Both the position numbers and the translations under genes were made by a program. A DNA stretch of 64,000 bases from an uncultured bacterium (lineage in GTDB: Bacteria; Patescibacteriota; Minisyncoccia; Phycocordibacterales; UBA2100): positions 191 through 64,190 of the forward strand of contig CAINVT010000009.1 in assembly GCA_903854215.1 (NCBI GenBank), read 5' to 3'. Each line of letters opens with the position of its first letter. The stretch's first letter is position 1. Positions 42,689 to 52,402 of the stretch are shown here, one piece after another. Under the pieces are notes generated by a model. The model was not told the origin of the DNA, searched no databases, and saw nothing but the letters and a program-made list of their open reading frames with translations.

Positions 42689-43744
42689 TTAGCGGTAGAA
42701 AAAGAACGCGGTCACCATGATGGCATAGGCGATGAGGAGCAAAAGACCTTCGAACCAATTACTCTCCCCATCTTCGACAATAGTGTCGACGATGAGTACG
42801 GCAAGGATCAAAGCGATAAGCTCGAAACTGCCGAAGATCAATGTCATGTGCGTGTTGAAAAAGAAACTCACCAGTACGAGTATCGGGGCTACGAACATTG
42901 CGATTTGTGTGGCAGATCCGATCGCCACTTGGAATGCGAGATCCATGTTGTCTTTGAGTGCCACACGGATCGCGGAAGCGAATTCTGCGATGTTGCCGAT
43001 GATCGAAAGTACGACGATACCGATGAAGACTTGCGACCAACCGATGATCGCAATGACCGGCTGGATCGAATCGACTAAGATCTCACTCATTGCGGCGATC
43101 GCGAAGGTCGTTGCAAGCAGGATGCCGATACTTTTCCATTTGCTCCAGCGCGGTTCGTATGCGGCAACTTCACGCGTATAGAGATGTTGGTGCGTCCAGA
43201 GCGAAAAGAAAAGGCTCGCGACATAGGCGATGACGAGCAGGATTGCAACGATCACACTGATATCCTCGACCGTAGATGCGCTCGCTCCGCCCGATGTCGA
43301 TATGAAGATTGCCGGAATAATAAGCGCCGAGACGGCGAGCAGCAAGGTGGAACCGCTCGTCTTCGCCGCCGTTGCGTTGAACTTTTGATGCTTGTGACGT
43401 GTGCCGCCAAGAAATATCGCGAGTCCGAGTCCGAGGAGGAGGTTAGAAAGGATCGATCCGGTTATGGATGCTTTGACGACATCGATAAGTCCGGCATGCA
43501 AGGCAAAGGCAGCGATTATCAATTCCGGCGCGTTACCGAACGTCGCATTGAGAAAACCGCCGACGGCCGCACCGGTGTAGGTCGTTAATTCTTCGGTCGA
43601 TTCGCCGATCAGCTTCGCGAGCGGAATAATAGCGAAGGCCGCAGCACCGAATACCACCAGTGACGGTAACGGCGCGAAGAACGCTATAATCGCGACCGGC
43701 ACGAAGATCAATAGCGCATAAAAAACTTTGTCCAGCGTCGACAT
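42689..43744 (-). CDS. Ca2+/H+ antiporter (CAX)
   Basis: NATFGNAPELI, GSILSNLL, GNIAE, AIGSATQIAMF, DGESNWFEG. Confidence 0.93.
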   Translation of the reverse strand: MSTLDKVFYALLIFVPVAIIAFFAPLPSLVVFGAAAFAIIPLAKLIGESTEELTTYTGAAVGGFLNATFGNAPELIIAAFALHAGLIDVVKASITGSILSNLLLGLGLAIFLGGTRHKHQKFNATAAKTSGSTLLLAVSALIIPAIFISTSGGASASTVEDISVIVAILLVIAYVASLFFSLWTHQHLYTREVAAYEPRWSKWKSIGILLATTFAIAAMSEILVDSIQPVIAIIGWSQVFIGIVVLSIIGNIAEFASAIRVALKDNMDLAFQVAIGSATQIAMFVAPILVLVSFFFNTHMTLIFGSFELIALILAVLIVDTIVEDGESNWFEGLLLLIAYAIMVTAFFFYR

Positions 43745-43829
43745 TCGGATCATTGTACCATTTTTCGTTCATCAACAGGTCAGCGCCGCCTCCCTCTGTA
43801 CGGGGCGGGATATGTTGTATACTGAAACC

Positions 43830-44741
43830 ATGTATTCGCGTTACGAACACGAAGGTTTGGTGTGGATCGATCTTGAATCACCGACCCGCGATGAGATCAC
43901 CCGCATTATCGAGGAATTCCAGATCGCGCCACTCATCGCCGAAGAGTTGCTTTTCCCCGCGACGAAGCCGCGTGCTGAATTCTACAAAGACTACATGTAT
44001 CTCGTCTTGCACTTCCCCGCCCTGCGCCATAGCCATAAGACGCGCGAGCAGGAAATAGATTTTATCGTCGGAGAACGTTTTCTTATCACGACGCACTACG
44101 ATGTCATCGATCCGTTGCATAAGTTCGCAAAAATATTTGAAGTGCATTCGATTCTCGAGAAAGACGAGGTCGATGATCATGCGGGATTCCTTTTCTTCTA
44201 TATGCTCAAAAAACTGTATAAAGCCGTCGAACACGAAGTAGAATATGTCCGGCACGAAATGGCACTCATCGAAGAGCACATCTTTTCTGACCAGCAGGTG
44301 GAGATGGTTGCAGCGATTTCTCGCAGCGCGCGCGATCTCTTGAATCTCCGACAGATGATCGAACCGCACCGCGATGTGTTACAGACGATCGAAGCGGAAG
44401 GTCCGCAGTTATTCGGCAAAGAATTTTCTCCGTATTTGCGCGCGTTGTCCAACGAATACTACCGCGTCCACAACCACGTCATGCGCGAGATGGAATCGCT
44501 GCACGAATTGCGCGAGACGAACAATTCTCTACTCACCACGAAGCAGAATGAGACAATGAGAATTTTTACTATTCTGGCATTCGTTACTTTTCCGCTTTCT
44601 CTGATCGTCGAGATTTTCAGTATGGACACGCATAACACGCCGATCGTCGGCCTGCCTTACGACTTTTGGATCGTCATGGCTATCCTTACATTTGCCTCTG
44701 TTCTTATGGTATGGTTTTTCCGTTACAAAAATTGGTTCTGA
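43830..44741 (+). CDS. CorA-family divalent cation transporter
   Basis: WIDL..P, QNETMRIFT, two C-terminal TMs; SMD in place of the GMN motif. Confidence 0.88.
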   Translation: MYSRYEHEGLVWIDLESPTRDEITRIIEEFQIAPLIAEELLFPATKPRAEFYKDYMYLVLHFPALRHSHKTREQEIDFIVGERFLITTHYDVIDPLHKFAKIFEVHSILEKDEVDDHAGFLFFYMLKKLYKAVEHEVEYVRHEMALIEEHIFSDQQVEMVAAISRSARDLLNLRQMIEPHRDVLQTIEAEGPQLFGKEFSPYLRALSNEYYRVHNHVMREMESLHELRETNNSLLTTKQNETMRIFTILAFVTFPLSLIVEIFSMDTHNTPIVGLPYDFWIVMAILTFASVLMVWFFRYKNWF

Positions 44742-44744
44742 TCT

Positions 44745-46271
44745 ATGAGATTTTCCGGTCTATTCCATCGTGCGCACCGCGAGAGCGGTACTACCGAAAA
44801 AACACCGCTCTTCCTTCACAATACGCTCGGTAACATAACGGAGCGTTTTGATCTTCCCCCACACGTACGGACGGTGCGCATGTATAACTGCGGTCCGACG
44901 GTCTACGGTGTCCAACACATCGGCAATCTATCGATGTTCGTATTCACCGATGTGCTGCGACGAACGCTTGAATACAATGGGTTTAAGGTCAAGCAGGTCA
45001 TCAACATAACCGACTTCGGCCATCTTACGTCTGACGCCGATGAGGGCGAGGATAAAATGACCAAAGGACTTAAGCGTGAGAAGTTAGCGATCACGATGGA
45101 AAATATGGTCGTGCTCGCCGAGCGCTACGCCACGATCTTTTTTACTGATCTCAAACAGCTCAATATCAACACAGACACGATAGAATTCCCGCGTGCAAGC
45201 GCCTACGTCCCCGCGCAGATCGCGATGATCCAATCGCTTGTCGAGAAAGGCTACGCGTACCAAACGGCACATGGCGTTTATTTCGACACGTCGCGATTCC
45301 ACGACTACGGCAAGCTCGGCGGCGTTGATCTTGTCGGCCAAAAAGAGGGCGCCGGCCTTCGCCAAGGCTCCGGCGGGCAAAGCACGCATGTCGAGATCAA
45401 TCACGAGAAACATCATGCGCATGATTTTGTCTTATGGAAATCCGATTCGAAGCTCGGTTGGGAATCACCGTGGGGATTGGGCTTCCCCGGCTGGCACATC
45501 GAGTGCTCAGCAATGATTCGTGCCGTCTTGGGCGAACAGATCGACATCCACACCGGCGGCATCGAACACATTCCGATCCATCATAATAACGAGATCGCTC
45601 AGTCCGAGGCCGCAACAGGAAAAAAACCATTCTCGCGATTCTGGATGCATCGCGCACACATACAGATCGAAGGCGGCAAGATCGCAAAATCGACCGGTAA
45701 TGTTATTTTTTTGTCCGATGTCATTGCACAGGGATACCATCCGCTCGCCCTTCGGTACCTTTTTCTCGGCGCGCACTACCGCACCAACTCAAATTTCTCC
45801 TGGGAAGCACTTGCTGCATCGCAGTCTGCCTTTGCCAAGCTCCTCGCGGTATGCGTACATTTCGCCGATCGCGAGCCAGGCACGGTCCCCGTTACATGGC
45901 GAGAGAAATTCATCGAGCGCATTAACGACGATCTTGATACTCCCGGAGCGCTCGCGGTCATTTGGGAAATGATCAAAGACAAGTCCCTTTCGCCGGAAGA
46001 TCTCGTCGCCGGGCTTCTGGACTTCGATCGCGTCCTGGGTTTGAATCTTGTTGATCCTAACGAAGCCGCTCTCGCGCTGGCGACGGCCGAGCTCAAAGAA
46101 GAAGTCGCGCTCGACGATCTCACCGTCCAAGTCCGCACCCTCATCGAAGAACGCGAGCAGGCGCGCCGCGACCGTTCATGGGACAAAGCTGATGCACTTC
46201 GCGACCAGATTGACGCCCTCGGCTATACACTTGAAGATGCTAAAGACAGCCTGCGGGTTTTCAAAAAATAA
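44745..46271 (+). CDS. cysS: Cysteine--tRNA ligase
   Basis: [34 protein letters not shown]. Confidence 0.97.
   Translation: MRFSGLFHRAHRESGTTEKTPLFLHNTLGNITERFDLPPHVRTVRMYNCGPTVYGVQHIGNLSMFVFTDVLRRTLEYNGFKVKQVINITDFGHLTSDADEGEDKMTKGLKREKLAITMENMVVLAERYATIFFTDLKQLNINTDTIEFPRASAYVPAQIAMIQSLVEKGYAYQTAHGVYFDTSRFHDYGKLGGVDLVGQKEGAGLRQGSGGQSTHVEINHEKHHAHDFVLWKSDSKLGWESPWGLGFPGWHIECSAMIRAVLGEQIDIHTGGIEHIPIHHNNEIAQSEAATGKKPFSRFWMHRAHIQIEGGKIAKSTGNVIFLSDVIAQGYHPLALRYLFLGAHYRTNSNFSWEALAASQSAFAKLLAVCVHFADREPGTVPVTWREKFIERINDDLDTPGALAVIWEMIKDKSLSPEDLVAGLLDFDRVLGLNLVDPNEAALALATAELKEEVALDDLTVQVRTLIEEREQARRDRSWDKADALRDQIDALGYTLEDAKDSLRVFKK
45352..45379 (+). repeat. 28-nt palindromic element inserted in-frame in cysS
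   Basis: ccggccttcgccaaggctccggcgggca (encodes GLRQGSGGQ); related to 49904-49931 and 63157-63184. Confidence 0.7.
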
Positions 46272-46308
46272 GGGTTTTGTAAACCTGTGTTTCGCTTAAT
46301 TTGAGATA

Positions 46309-46342
46309 GTCCGCAATTTACCCAATTGGGTAAATTGCGGAC
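46309..46342. repeat. Perfect 34-bp palindrome, solo relative of the repeats flanking the PaaX-like gene
   Basis: gtccgcaatttacccaattgggtaaattgcggac; shares the gtccg ends and tacccaattggg core. Confidence 0.9.
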
Positions 46343-46394
46343 ATCATGATATTGATATCTAAATACGCGAGTTGCTATCGCACATCTACCGCCC

Positions 46395-49300
46395 TCAATC
46401 TTCGACAACAACGAAGTTGACTAGCCGATTCGGTACGATGATGACGCGCGAGACAGTCTTACCATCCAGCTTTTCTACTACCGCTTCGTGGGCTAAGTTT
46501 TCAAGCGTCGATTTGTCCGAATCAATGGCCGCATCGATTTCCCCACGGGTCTTGCCGTTGATCTGTATCGCAATGTGCGCGGTGGTGCCTTTTGATTTCG
46601 TCTCGTCGGCGACCGGCCATGGCTCGAGTCGCAATTCGGTCGGGTGACCGCTTTTTTCCCAGAGCTCGTGAGTGAGATGCGGTGCGAATGGCGCGAGCAA
46701 TTTGAGAAACGTCTCGTACGCTTCAGATGAAACACTGTCGAGCTTCTCATATTCATTCAAAAGGATCATCAGTGCCGAGACGGCCGTATTCATTTTGAGC
46801 TTCTCAATATCATCGCTGACCTTCTTGATCGTCTGATGCAAAAGTGTTTCGAGCGGAGGTTCAAGCTTCGTCACGTTATCGGCCTTGATATCGGCAACGC
46901 GTTCAAGGAATCGCCGCATACCAACGACGCCGTTGTTGTTCCACGCGACCGGCTGATCGAATGGCCCGATGAACATTTCGTACAGGCGCAACGAGTCAGC
47001 GCCGACGGATTCAACGAGCGCATCTGGGCTCACCGAGTTCCCCTTCGACTTTGACATCTTCGAGCCGTCTTCGGCGAGAATAAGCCCATGGCTCGTGCGC
47101 TTCATATACGGCTCTGGCGAAGGCACTAATCCCTGGTCGAATAGGAATTTATGCCAAAAGCGCGAATAGAGAAGGTGCAGCACCGTGTGTTCCATGCCTC
47201 CGTTGTACCAATTCACCGGTGTCCAATACTTCATCAGGTCCGGCGAAGCGAATTCATGCGTATTCTGCGGATCTATATAGCGCAAGTAGTACCAGCTCGA
47301 GCCCGCCCAGTTGGGCATCACGTCCGTTTCTCGCTTTGCATCACCGCCGCACTTCGGGCACTTTGTGTTGACCCACTTAGTGATATTTGCGAGCGGAGAT
47401 TCTCCCGTTTCGGTCGGTTCATATTTTTCCACTTCCGGTAACGTGACCGGCAATTGATCTTCCGGCACCGGCTGCCATCCGCATCTCTCACAATGGATCA
47501 TGGGTATCGGCTCGCCCCAGTATCGCTGGCGGCTGAATACCCAATCTCGAAGTTTGAATGTCGTTACCATCTTCCCGCCGACGAATTCAGTGATCATTTT
47601 CTTCGCCTCATCGCTCGGAAGCCCGCTCAGTGTACCGGAGTTGACCAGAAATCCGTCATCGACAAAAAATTTGTCATTGAGATATTCCCAATCAATTTTA
47701 TCCTTGTCTTTTCCTCTATTTTTAAGCTGTTGCTCCTTGAACTTTTTAACAAATCGCTGTGACAACACCAGGGCTGTGTGGTGATTCAGTGATTTCTCTT
47801 GTTCCTCGAAATCATCATCCTGGCAATCAAATTCTCGAATATATGGTCCTATATCAATTTCGATTCCCTCGTCGTTTTTTAATATTGAATTCGTCAAATT
47901 TTCTGATATTTTCTTTTCTGCCACCTTGTGGAATCCAAGTTCGCCGAATAACGTAAGCAATTTCTGGTATGAATTGTCATCTTTTGTTATCAGATCAATA
48001 TCCTCAAATTCGCGATAAATGATTTTTGCATAAAAAGCGCAGGCCAAACCACCCAAAACCCAGAATTTGATATCTTTCTTTTTTGCGGCCTCATATATGG
48101 TGTCCAATGCAGTCAAAACTTTTTCAGTTTTTTCAAAGGCGGACATATCCGGCGTAACGGATTGAATAATAGGTAACCCGTACTTCTTAGCAAATGCACC
48201 ATCGCGCTCATCATGGGCTGGCACGGCCATGATAGCGCCGGTGCCGTAACTGCCGAGCACATAATCAGCAATGAAAATCGGAATCTCTTTTTTATTCGCC
48301 GGGTTTATAGCCTTGATCCCCTTCAGTTCGACGCCGGTCTTTTCTTTACCTTCAGCTGTGCGATCGATATCCGATTTGTTCCGTGCCGCCGTTTGATACG
48401 CGATCACCTCATCTTTGTTATCGAATTCATTCGCAAGCATCGAGACCAACGGATGTTCCGGTGCAAGTACCATATACGTCGCGCCGAATAATGTATCCGG
48501 GCGAGTCGTGAATACGGTCAAGCTCTGCATAAAGAGTTTCTTGAGACCATCGGTAATGGGCCCGAGTTCAAGCGATTCTTCAGCATCCGTCTGTTCGAGC
48601 ACATACTTTCCAGTCGCCTTCGAGATATATAATCCGCGAAGCGGAAGGTACGGGTCTACAGCGCCGTGCGATTCCGAAGTCAGAATAACGGGTCGTGTCG
48701 TTTCTATATGTGTTGCAACTTTCCCGGGCGTTATGAAGCATAAATTATTTCTCCATTCCGCATCAACTTTTCCACCACGCTTTCGGGCGATGTCCGCATA
48801 ATATGACTGCATACGACCACCTATCTCTTCGATGGAAAGTGATTTCTCGTCATCTCCGGCGAGCGCATTCCGTTTTACAGCGATCGGATCGATCATTTCC
48901 CCGTCGATAAAGAATCCGCTGTCATCGGCGAATACCGGCAGATCGGTGAGCGCTGCGAGAGCCCGAGCTTTTTTTTCGGAATTTTCTTCGAGAGTTCGGG
49001 CGTCTTCCGAGACGTCAAACCGTTCGATGCCAATATCCTTTGGCATCAACAATTCGATATCGATATGCCCTTCTTCGAAAAGTTTCCGCATACGCTTGAG
49101 CTTTCCCAGATTATTCGTGGCGAAAACGATCCTCATGCGCGGACGTTGCCACGAAAGCGAAAATGATATCTCCGCTCCATCCGACGGTCCGATCCAATTG
49201 CGCTGTTCCGTCTTCGCTCGCTCGATGTAATCAACGGTATCGAGGTCGTCGTAAAGTCGCTGCGCATATTTCGTAATTGCCATCATCCACTGTTCCTTTT

Positions 49301-49859
49301 CACGCTTCTCAACCGGCGTACCGCATCGCTCGCAGCAGCCGTCGACGACCTCTTCGTTGGCAAGTCCGATCTTGTCCTTCGGGCACCAATTGATCAGCGT
49401 CTTTGCTTTATACGTCAGACCTTTTTTAAAGAATTGTAAAAAAAGCCACTGCGTCCATTTGTAATATGAAGAATCGGTCGTGTTGATCTCGCGAGACCAA
49501 TCGAACGAGAGCCCGAGCGATTTGATCTGCCGGCGGAAGTTGTCGGTGTTCTCTTTGGTAACGATACGCGGATCCCGACCTGTCTTCAGTGCATAATTTT
49601 CCGTCGGTAAACCGAATGCATCCCAGCCGATCGGATATAAGACGTTATACCCTTGTGCACGGCGTTTGCGCGCCAGGACGTCGAGCGCGGTCCAGCTCCG
49701 CACATGCCCTACATGAAGCCCCTCACCGGAAGGATATGGAAACTCGATCATCAGATAATCCTTCGGCTTCTCTGAAACATCATCGGCGCGATACGCCGAT
49801 TCCTTCTCCCATCGAGACTGCCACTTCTTCTCTATCTTCTTGTGATCGTAATTCTTCAT
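46395..49859 (-). CDS. leuS: Leucine--tRNA ligase with inserted Ham1-like and nucleotidyltransferase-like domains
   Basis: FPYPSGEGLHVGH, FTTRPDTLFG, GTGAIMAVPAHDERD, SRQRYWGEPIP, KMSKS; two large inserts around CP1. Confidence 0.96.
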   Translation of the reverse strand: MKNYDHKKIEKKWQSRWEKESAYRADDVSEKPKDYLMIEFPYPSGEGLHVGHVRSWTALDVLARKRRAQGYNVLYPIGWDAFGLPTENYALKTGRDPRIVTKENTDNFRRQIKSLGLSFDWSREINTTDSSYYKWTQWLFLQFFKKGLTYKAKTLINWCPKDKIGLANEEVVDGCCERCGTPVEKREKEQWMMAITKYAQRLYDDLDTVDYIERAKTEQRNWIGPSDGAEISFSLSWQRPRMRIVFATNNLGKLKRMRKLFEEGHIDIELLMPKDIGIERFDVSEDARTLEENSEKKARALAALTDLPVFADDSGFFIDGEMIDPIAVKRNALAGDDEKSLSIEEIGGRMQSYYADIARKRGGKVDAEWRNNLCFITPGKVATHIETTRPVILTSESHGAVDPYLPLRGLYISKATGKYVLEQTDAEESLELGPITDGLKKLFMQSLTVFTTRPDTLFGATYMVLAPEHPLVSMLANEFDNKDEVIAYQTAARNKSDIDRTAEGKEKTGVELKGIKAINPANKKEIPIFIADYVLGSYGTGAIMAVPAHDERDGAFAKKYGLPIIQSVTPDMSAFEKTEKVLTALDTIYEAAKKKDIKFWVLGGLACAFYAKIIYREFEDIDLITKDDNSYQKLLTLFGELGFHKVAEKKISENLTNSILKNDEGIEIDIGPYIREFDCQDDDFEEQEKSLNHHTALVLSQRFVKKFKEQQLKNRGKDKDKIDWEYLNDKFFVDDGFLVNSGTLSGLPSDEAKKMITEFVGGKMVTTFKLRDWVFSRQRYWGEPIPMIHCERCGWQPVPEDQLPVTLPEVEKYEPTETGESPLANITKWVNTKCPKCGGDAKRETDVMPNWAGSSWYYLRYIDPQNTHEFASPDLMKYWTPVNWYNGGMEHTVLHLLYSRFWHKFLFDQGLVPSPEPYMKRTSHGLILAEDGSKMSKSKGNSVSPDALVESVGADSLRLYEMFIGPFDQPVAWNNNGVVGMRRFLERVADIKADNVTKLEPPLETLLHQTIKKVSDDIEKLKMNTAVSALMILLNEYEKLDSVSSEAYETFLKLLAPFAPHLTHELWEKSGHPTELRLEPWPVADETKSKGTTAHIAIQINGKTRGEIDAAIDSDKSTLENLAHEAVVEKLDGKTVSRVIIVPNRLVNFVVVED

Positions 49860-49903
49860 AATAAGTAATGTACGTCCTTCCAATGGCTTAGCGAGTGCAG
49901 ACT

Positions 49904-49931
49904 CGCCCTGCGAAGCTTTAGCGAAGTAGGG
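49904..49931 (-). repeat. 28-nt palindromic element, intergenic copy upstream of leuS
   Basis: Minus strand ccctacttcgctaaagcttcgcagggcg; 23/28 identical to the atpD copy. Confidence 0.75.
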
Positions 49932-50006
49932 TCTATCTTCTTATGGTCGTACGATTTCATATGCAAGCGGTTATCCACAGAAGTTACCGAGCTCTGAGCT
50001 TTGTAG

Positions 50007-50978
50007 TTATTTTGTCGGAGCCGGATTTACGATGTTCGGTCCATATCGCTTCGGGTCGATCGTTCGTACGAAACAAGCTTGACCGACGTCGTGGTACCAA
50101 GAATCCGGCGCAGCATACTGACCAGCTACACCTGTCGATACGGGAACAGCAAGTGCTTCCGAAAACGTCGGAGAATTCGGTTGTGTCACTGCATTGAATG
50201 TCGCACAGAGCTTGAATGAAAGCGCCGATGTCGTCGCGTATTCATACGGGTTCCCGGTCTGCACGTCGACGGAGACGGCCGAATAGCTGCTGAGTGCATC
50301 AGCAAGGTCTGCAAGATGCGCCGGAAGCTTTCCTTCTACCTGCCAGTAGTACACGACTTGTGTCTGAATACTTTGAAGGTCGTTCACCTTCTCGTCGTCG
50401 AATCGATACGACCGCACTTGCCCCGGTGTACCGATAATAAGGAATCCTGACAGGATCGTTACTACGACGAGAATACCGATACCGACTCCGACTGACATGG
50501 CATAGCGTGGGTTGATATCCCAGTAACCCCAGAGGTCTGCAAGGAAATGCATCAAGCCGATACTCATGACAAAGAACACGATCAACACCTTCAGGATGAA
50601 ATGTGTCGTCAATTCTCCGCTAAGAAACGTATTGATGAGTGTGATGAGATCGATGACGACGGTGACGCCGGCAATGAAGATCGTGAGGACTAATGCCCAG
50701 CGACGGATCCAGAGGCTCTTCTTTACCGGCTCGCGCACGACGTCACGTCGGATGAAATGTATTAAGATGAAATACACCGGTACGAGGACGACCAGCGACG
50801 CCATCGCAAACCGGATACTGCTCGAGTATGGATCGATGTATGAATTCAGCGCGTCCGGAAACGCGATATCGATGTAATTGAAAAAAAGCGTGATAAGCGA
50901 TACTGCGCTCACATAGAGTGCTGCCATCGCTGCGACCCACAAGAAGAAATCTTTCGGACCTGTCTTTATTTTTTCCAT
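50007..50978 (-). CDS. DUF5671-like multi-TM membrane protein
   Basis: PKDFFL, SIRFAMASL, FLSGELT..F.LK, GTP...R..RFD, LCATF pattern typical of this CPR family. Confidence 0.75.
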   Translation of the reverse strand: MEKIKTGPKDFFLWVAAMAALYVSAVSLITLFFNYIDIAFPDALNSYIDPYSSSIRFAMASLVVLVPVYFILIHFIRRDVVREPVKKSLWIRRWALVLTIFIAGVTVVIDLITLINTFLSGELTTHFILKVLIVFFVMSIGLMHFLADLWGYWDINPRYAMSVGVGIGILVVVTILSGFLIIGTPGQVRSYRFDDEKVNDLQSIQTQVVYYWQVEGKLPAHLADLADALSSYSAVSVDVQTGNPYEYATTSALSFKLCATFNAVTQPNSPTFSEALAVPVSTGVAGQYAAPDSWYHDVGQACFVRTIDPKRYGPNIVNPAPTK

Positions 50979-50982
50979 ATTA

Positions 50983-51249
50983 CTATTTTACAAACTCACG
51001 CTTTTCAACCCTCGTCAGTCTTTTTTCAAAATCAAGAATCGTCAGAGAATCTTTGTCAACCGCGCGGCCCAGTGCCCGTACCTCGAGTCGTACCTCACTT
51101 ATTCGTTCTTCAAGCTTATTCCGTGTGAAATCGAGATCCTCCTTCGTAGCCATATCCGATAATCGTTCTTCAATATTCGTGATTCGAGTATCGATTGAGA
51201 TCAAAAGCTTTAAGATCCTATCTTCGTCTGAGGATGGTTTCTTACTCAT
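50983..51249 (-). CDS. Small coiled-coil protein (MATKEDL motif)
   Basis: 88 aa heptad pattern; shares the MATKxD motif with 29286-29546. Confidence 0.7.
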   Translation of the reverse strand: MSKKPSSDEDRILKLLISIDTRITNIEERLSDMATKEDLDFTRNKLEERISEVRLEVRALGRAVDKDSLTILDFEKRLTRVEKREFVK

Positions 51250-51282
51250 GGATTGAGTATATCACGCAGCGCAAGACGTCCG

Positions 51283-52383
51283 CTAGCTGTGTCGAAACTC
51301 GACAACGTCACCATCCTCAACGACATACTCTTTACCTTCTGCGCGCAAAAGTCCCAACTCGCGCGCTTTGGCATATGAGCCGCTATCCAGAAGCTTATCC
51401 CAGTGGATCACTTCGGCACGGATGAATTTATCGCGAAAATCAGTATGAATCGCTGCTCCGGCAATCGGCGCGGTCGATCCACGACTGATCGTCCACGCAC
51501 GCGTTTCGTCGGTACCGGTCGTAAAGAACGAGATCAAGTCGAGCAGTCGGTATCCTGTCTTAATGAGACGATCGATACCATCTTCATTCACACCGAGCTC
51601 GCGACGAAATTCGTCGCGCTCGTCGTCGTGAACATCCGAAAGATCACTCTCAACGCCCGCATCGACGACCGTCCAGGTAGATTCGGAAGATTCGAGGAAC
51701 CCTTGAAGCGCGCGCCAACGGTCACCATTCTCTGCATCGACATTGACCGCGCCGCTCTTTCTGTTGAGCACATACATCAGAGGCTTCATAGTAAGAAGAT
51801 GGAGCGACTTCGCCGCAAGTTTTTCTTCGTCTGTCAGATCGACCGTGCGTGCCGCATGCCCCGCCTGAAGTGTCGGTAGAATTTTTTTCAAAACATCACG
51901 CTCGGCGATGAGATCCTTGTCACCGCTTTTTGCGTCACGCTCGACATGATCGAGACGTTTCGTCGCACTTTCGAGATCTGCGAGCACGAGTTCGAGGTCG
52001 ATCACTTCGATGTCATGTACCGGATCAACGCCGCCGTCGACATGATGTACATCGTCATCATCGAACATGCGCACCACTTCGGCGATCGCATCCACTTCAC
52101 GAATGTGCGAAAGGAATTGATTGCCGAGCCCCTCACCTTGCGACGCTCCTTTGACAAGACCCGCAATATCGACGAACTCGACCGCTGCGGGAATCGTCTT
52201 TGCGGACTGTGACATTTTCGAAAGTTTATCGAGGCGAAAATCCGGCACCGCAACGACGCCGACTGACGGATCGATCGTACAAAACGGATAATTTTCGGCA
52301 GGTACCCCCTTTTTGGTCAACGCATTAAAAAGCGTCGATTTACCGACGTTTGGGAGCCCGACGATTCCGATACTGAGTGACAT
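51283..52383 (-). CDS. ychF: Ribosome-binding ATPase YchF
   Basis: GIVGLPNVGKSTLFNALT, NYPFCTIDP, DIAGLVKGAS, TGS-domain C-terminus. Confidence 0.98.
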   Translation of the reverse strand: MSLSIGIVGLPNVGKSTLFNALTKKGVPAENYPFCTIDPSVGVVAVPDFRLDKLSKMSQSAKTIPAAVEFVDIAGLVKGASQGEGLGNQFLSHIREVDAIAEVVRMFDDDDVHHVDGGVDPVHDIEVIDLELVLADLESATKRLDHVERDAKSGDKDLIAERDVLKKILPTLQAGHAARTVDLTDEEKLAAKSLHLLTMKPLMYVLNRKSGAVNVDAENGDRWRALQGFLESSESTWTVVDAGVESDLSDVHDDERDEFRRELGVNEDGIDRLIKTGYRLLDLISFFTTGTDETRAWTISRGSTAPIAGAAIHTDFRDKFIRAEVIHWDKLLDSGSYAKARELGLLRAEGKEYVVEDGDVVEFRHS

Positions 52384-52402
52384 TGTCCAATACTACCTCA
52401 CT

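Noticed and set aside
47670-49150. Inteins in leuS
   Set aside because: There is no C/S start with HN-C/S/T end and no LAGLIDADG motif; the inserts resemble Ham1 and NTase enzymes.
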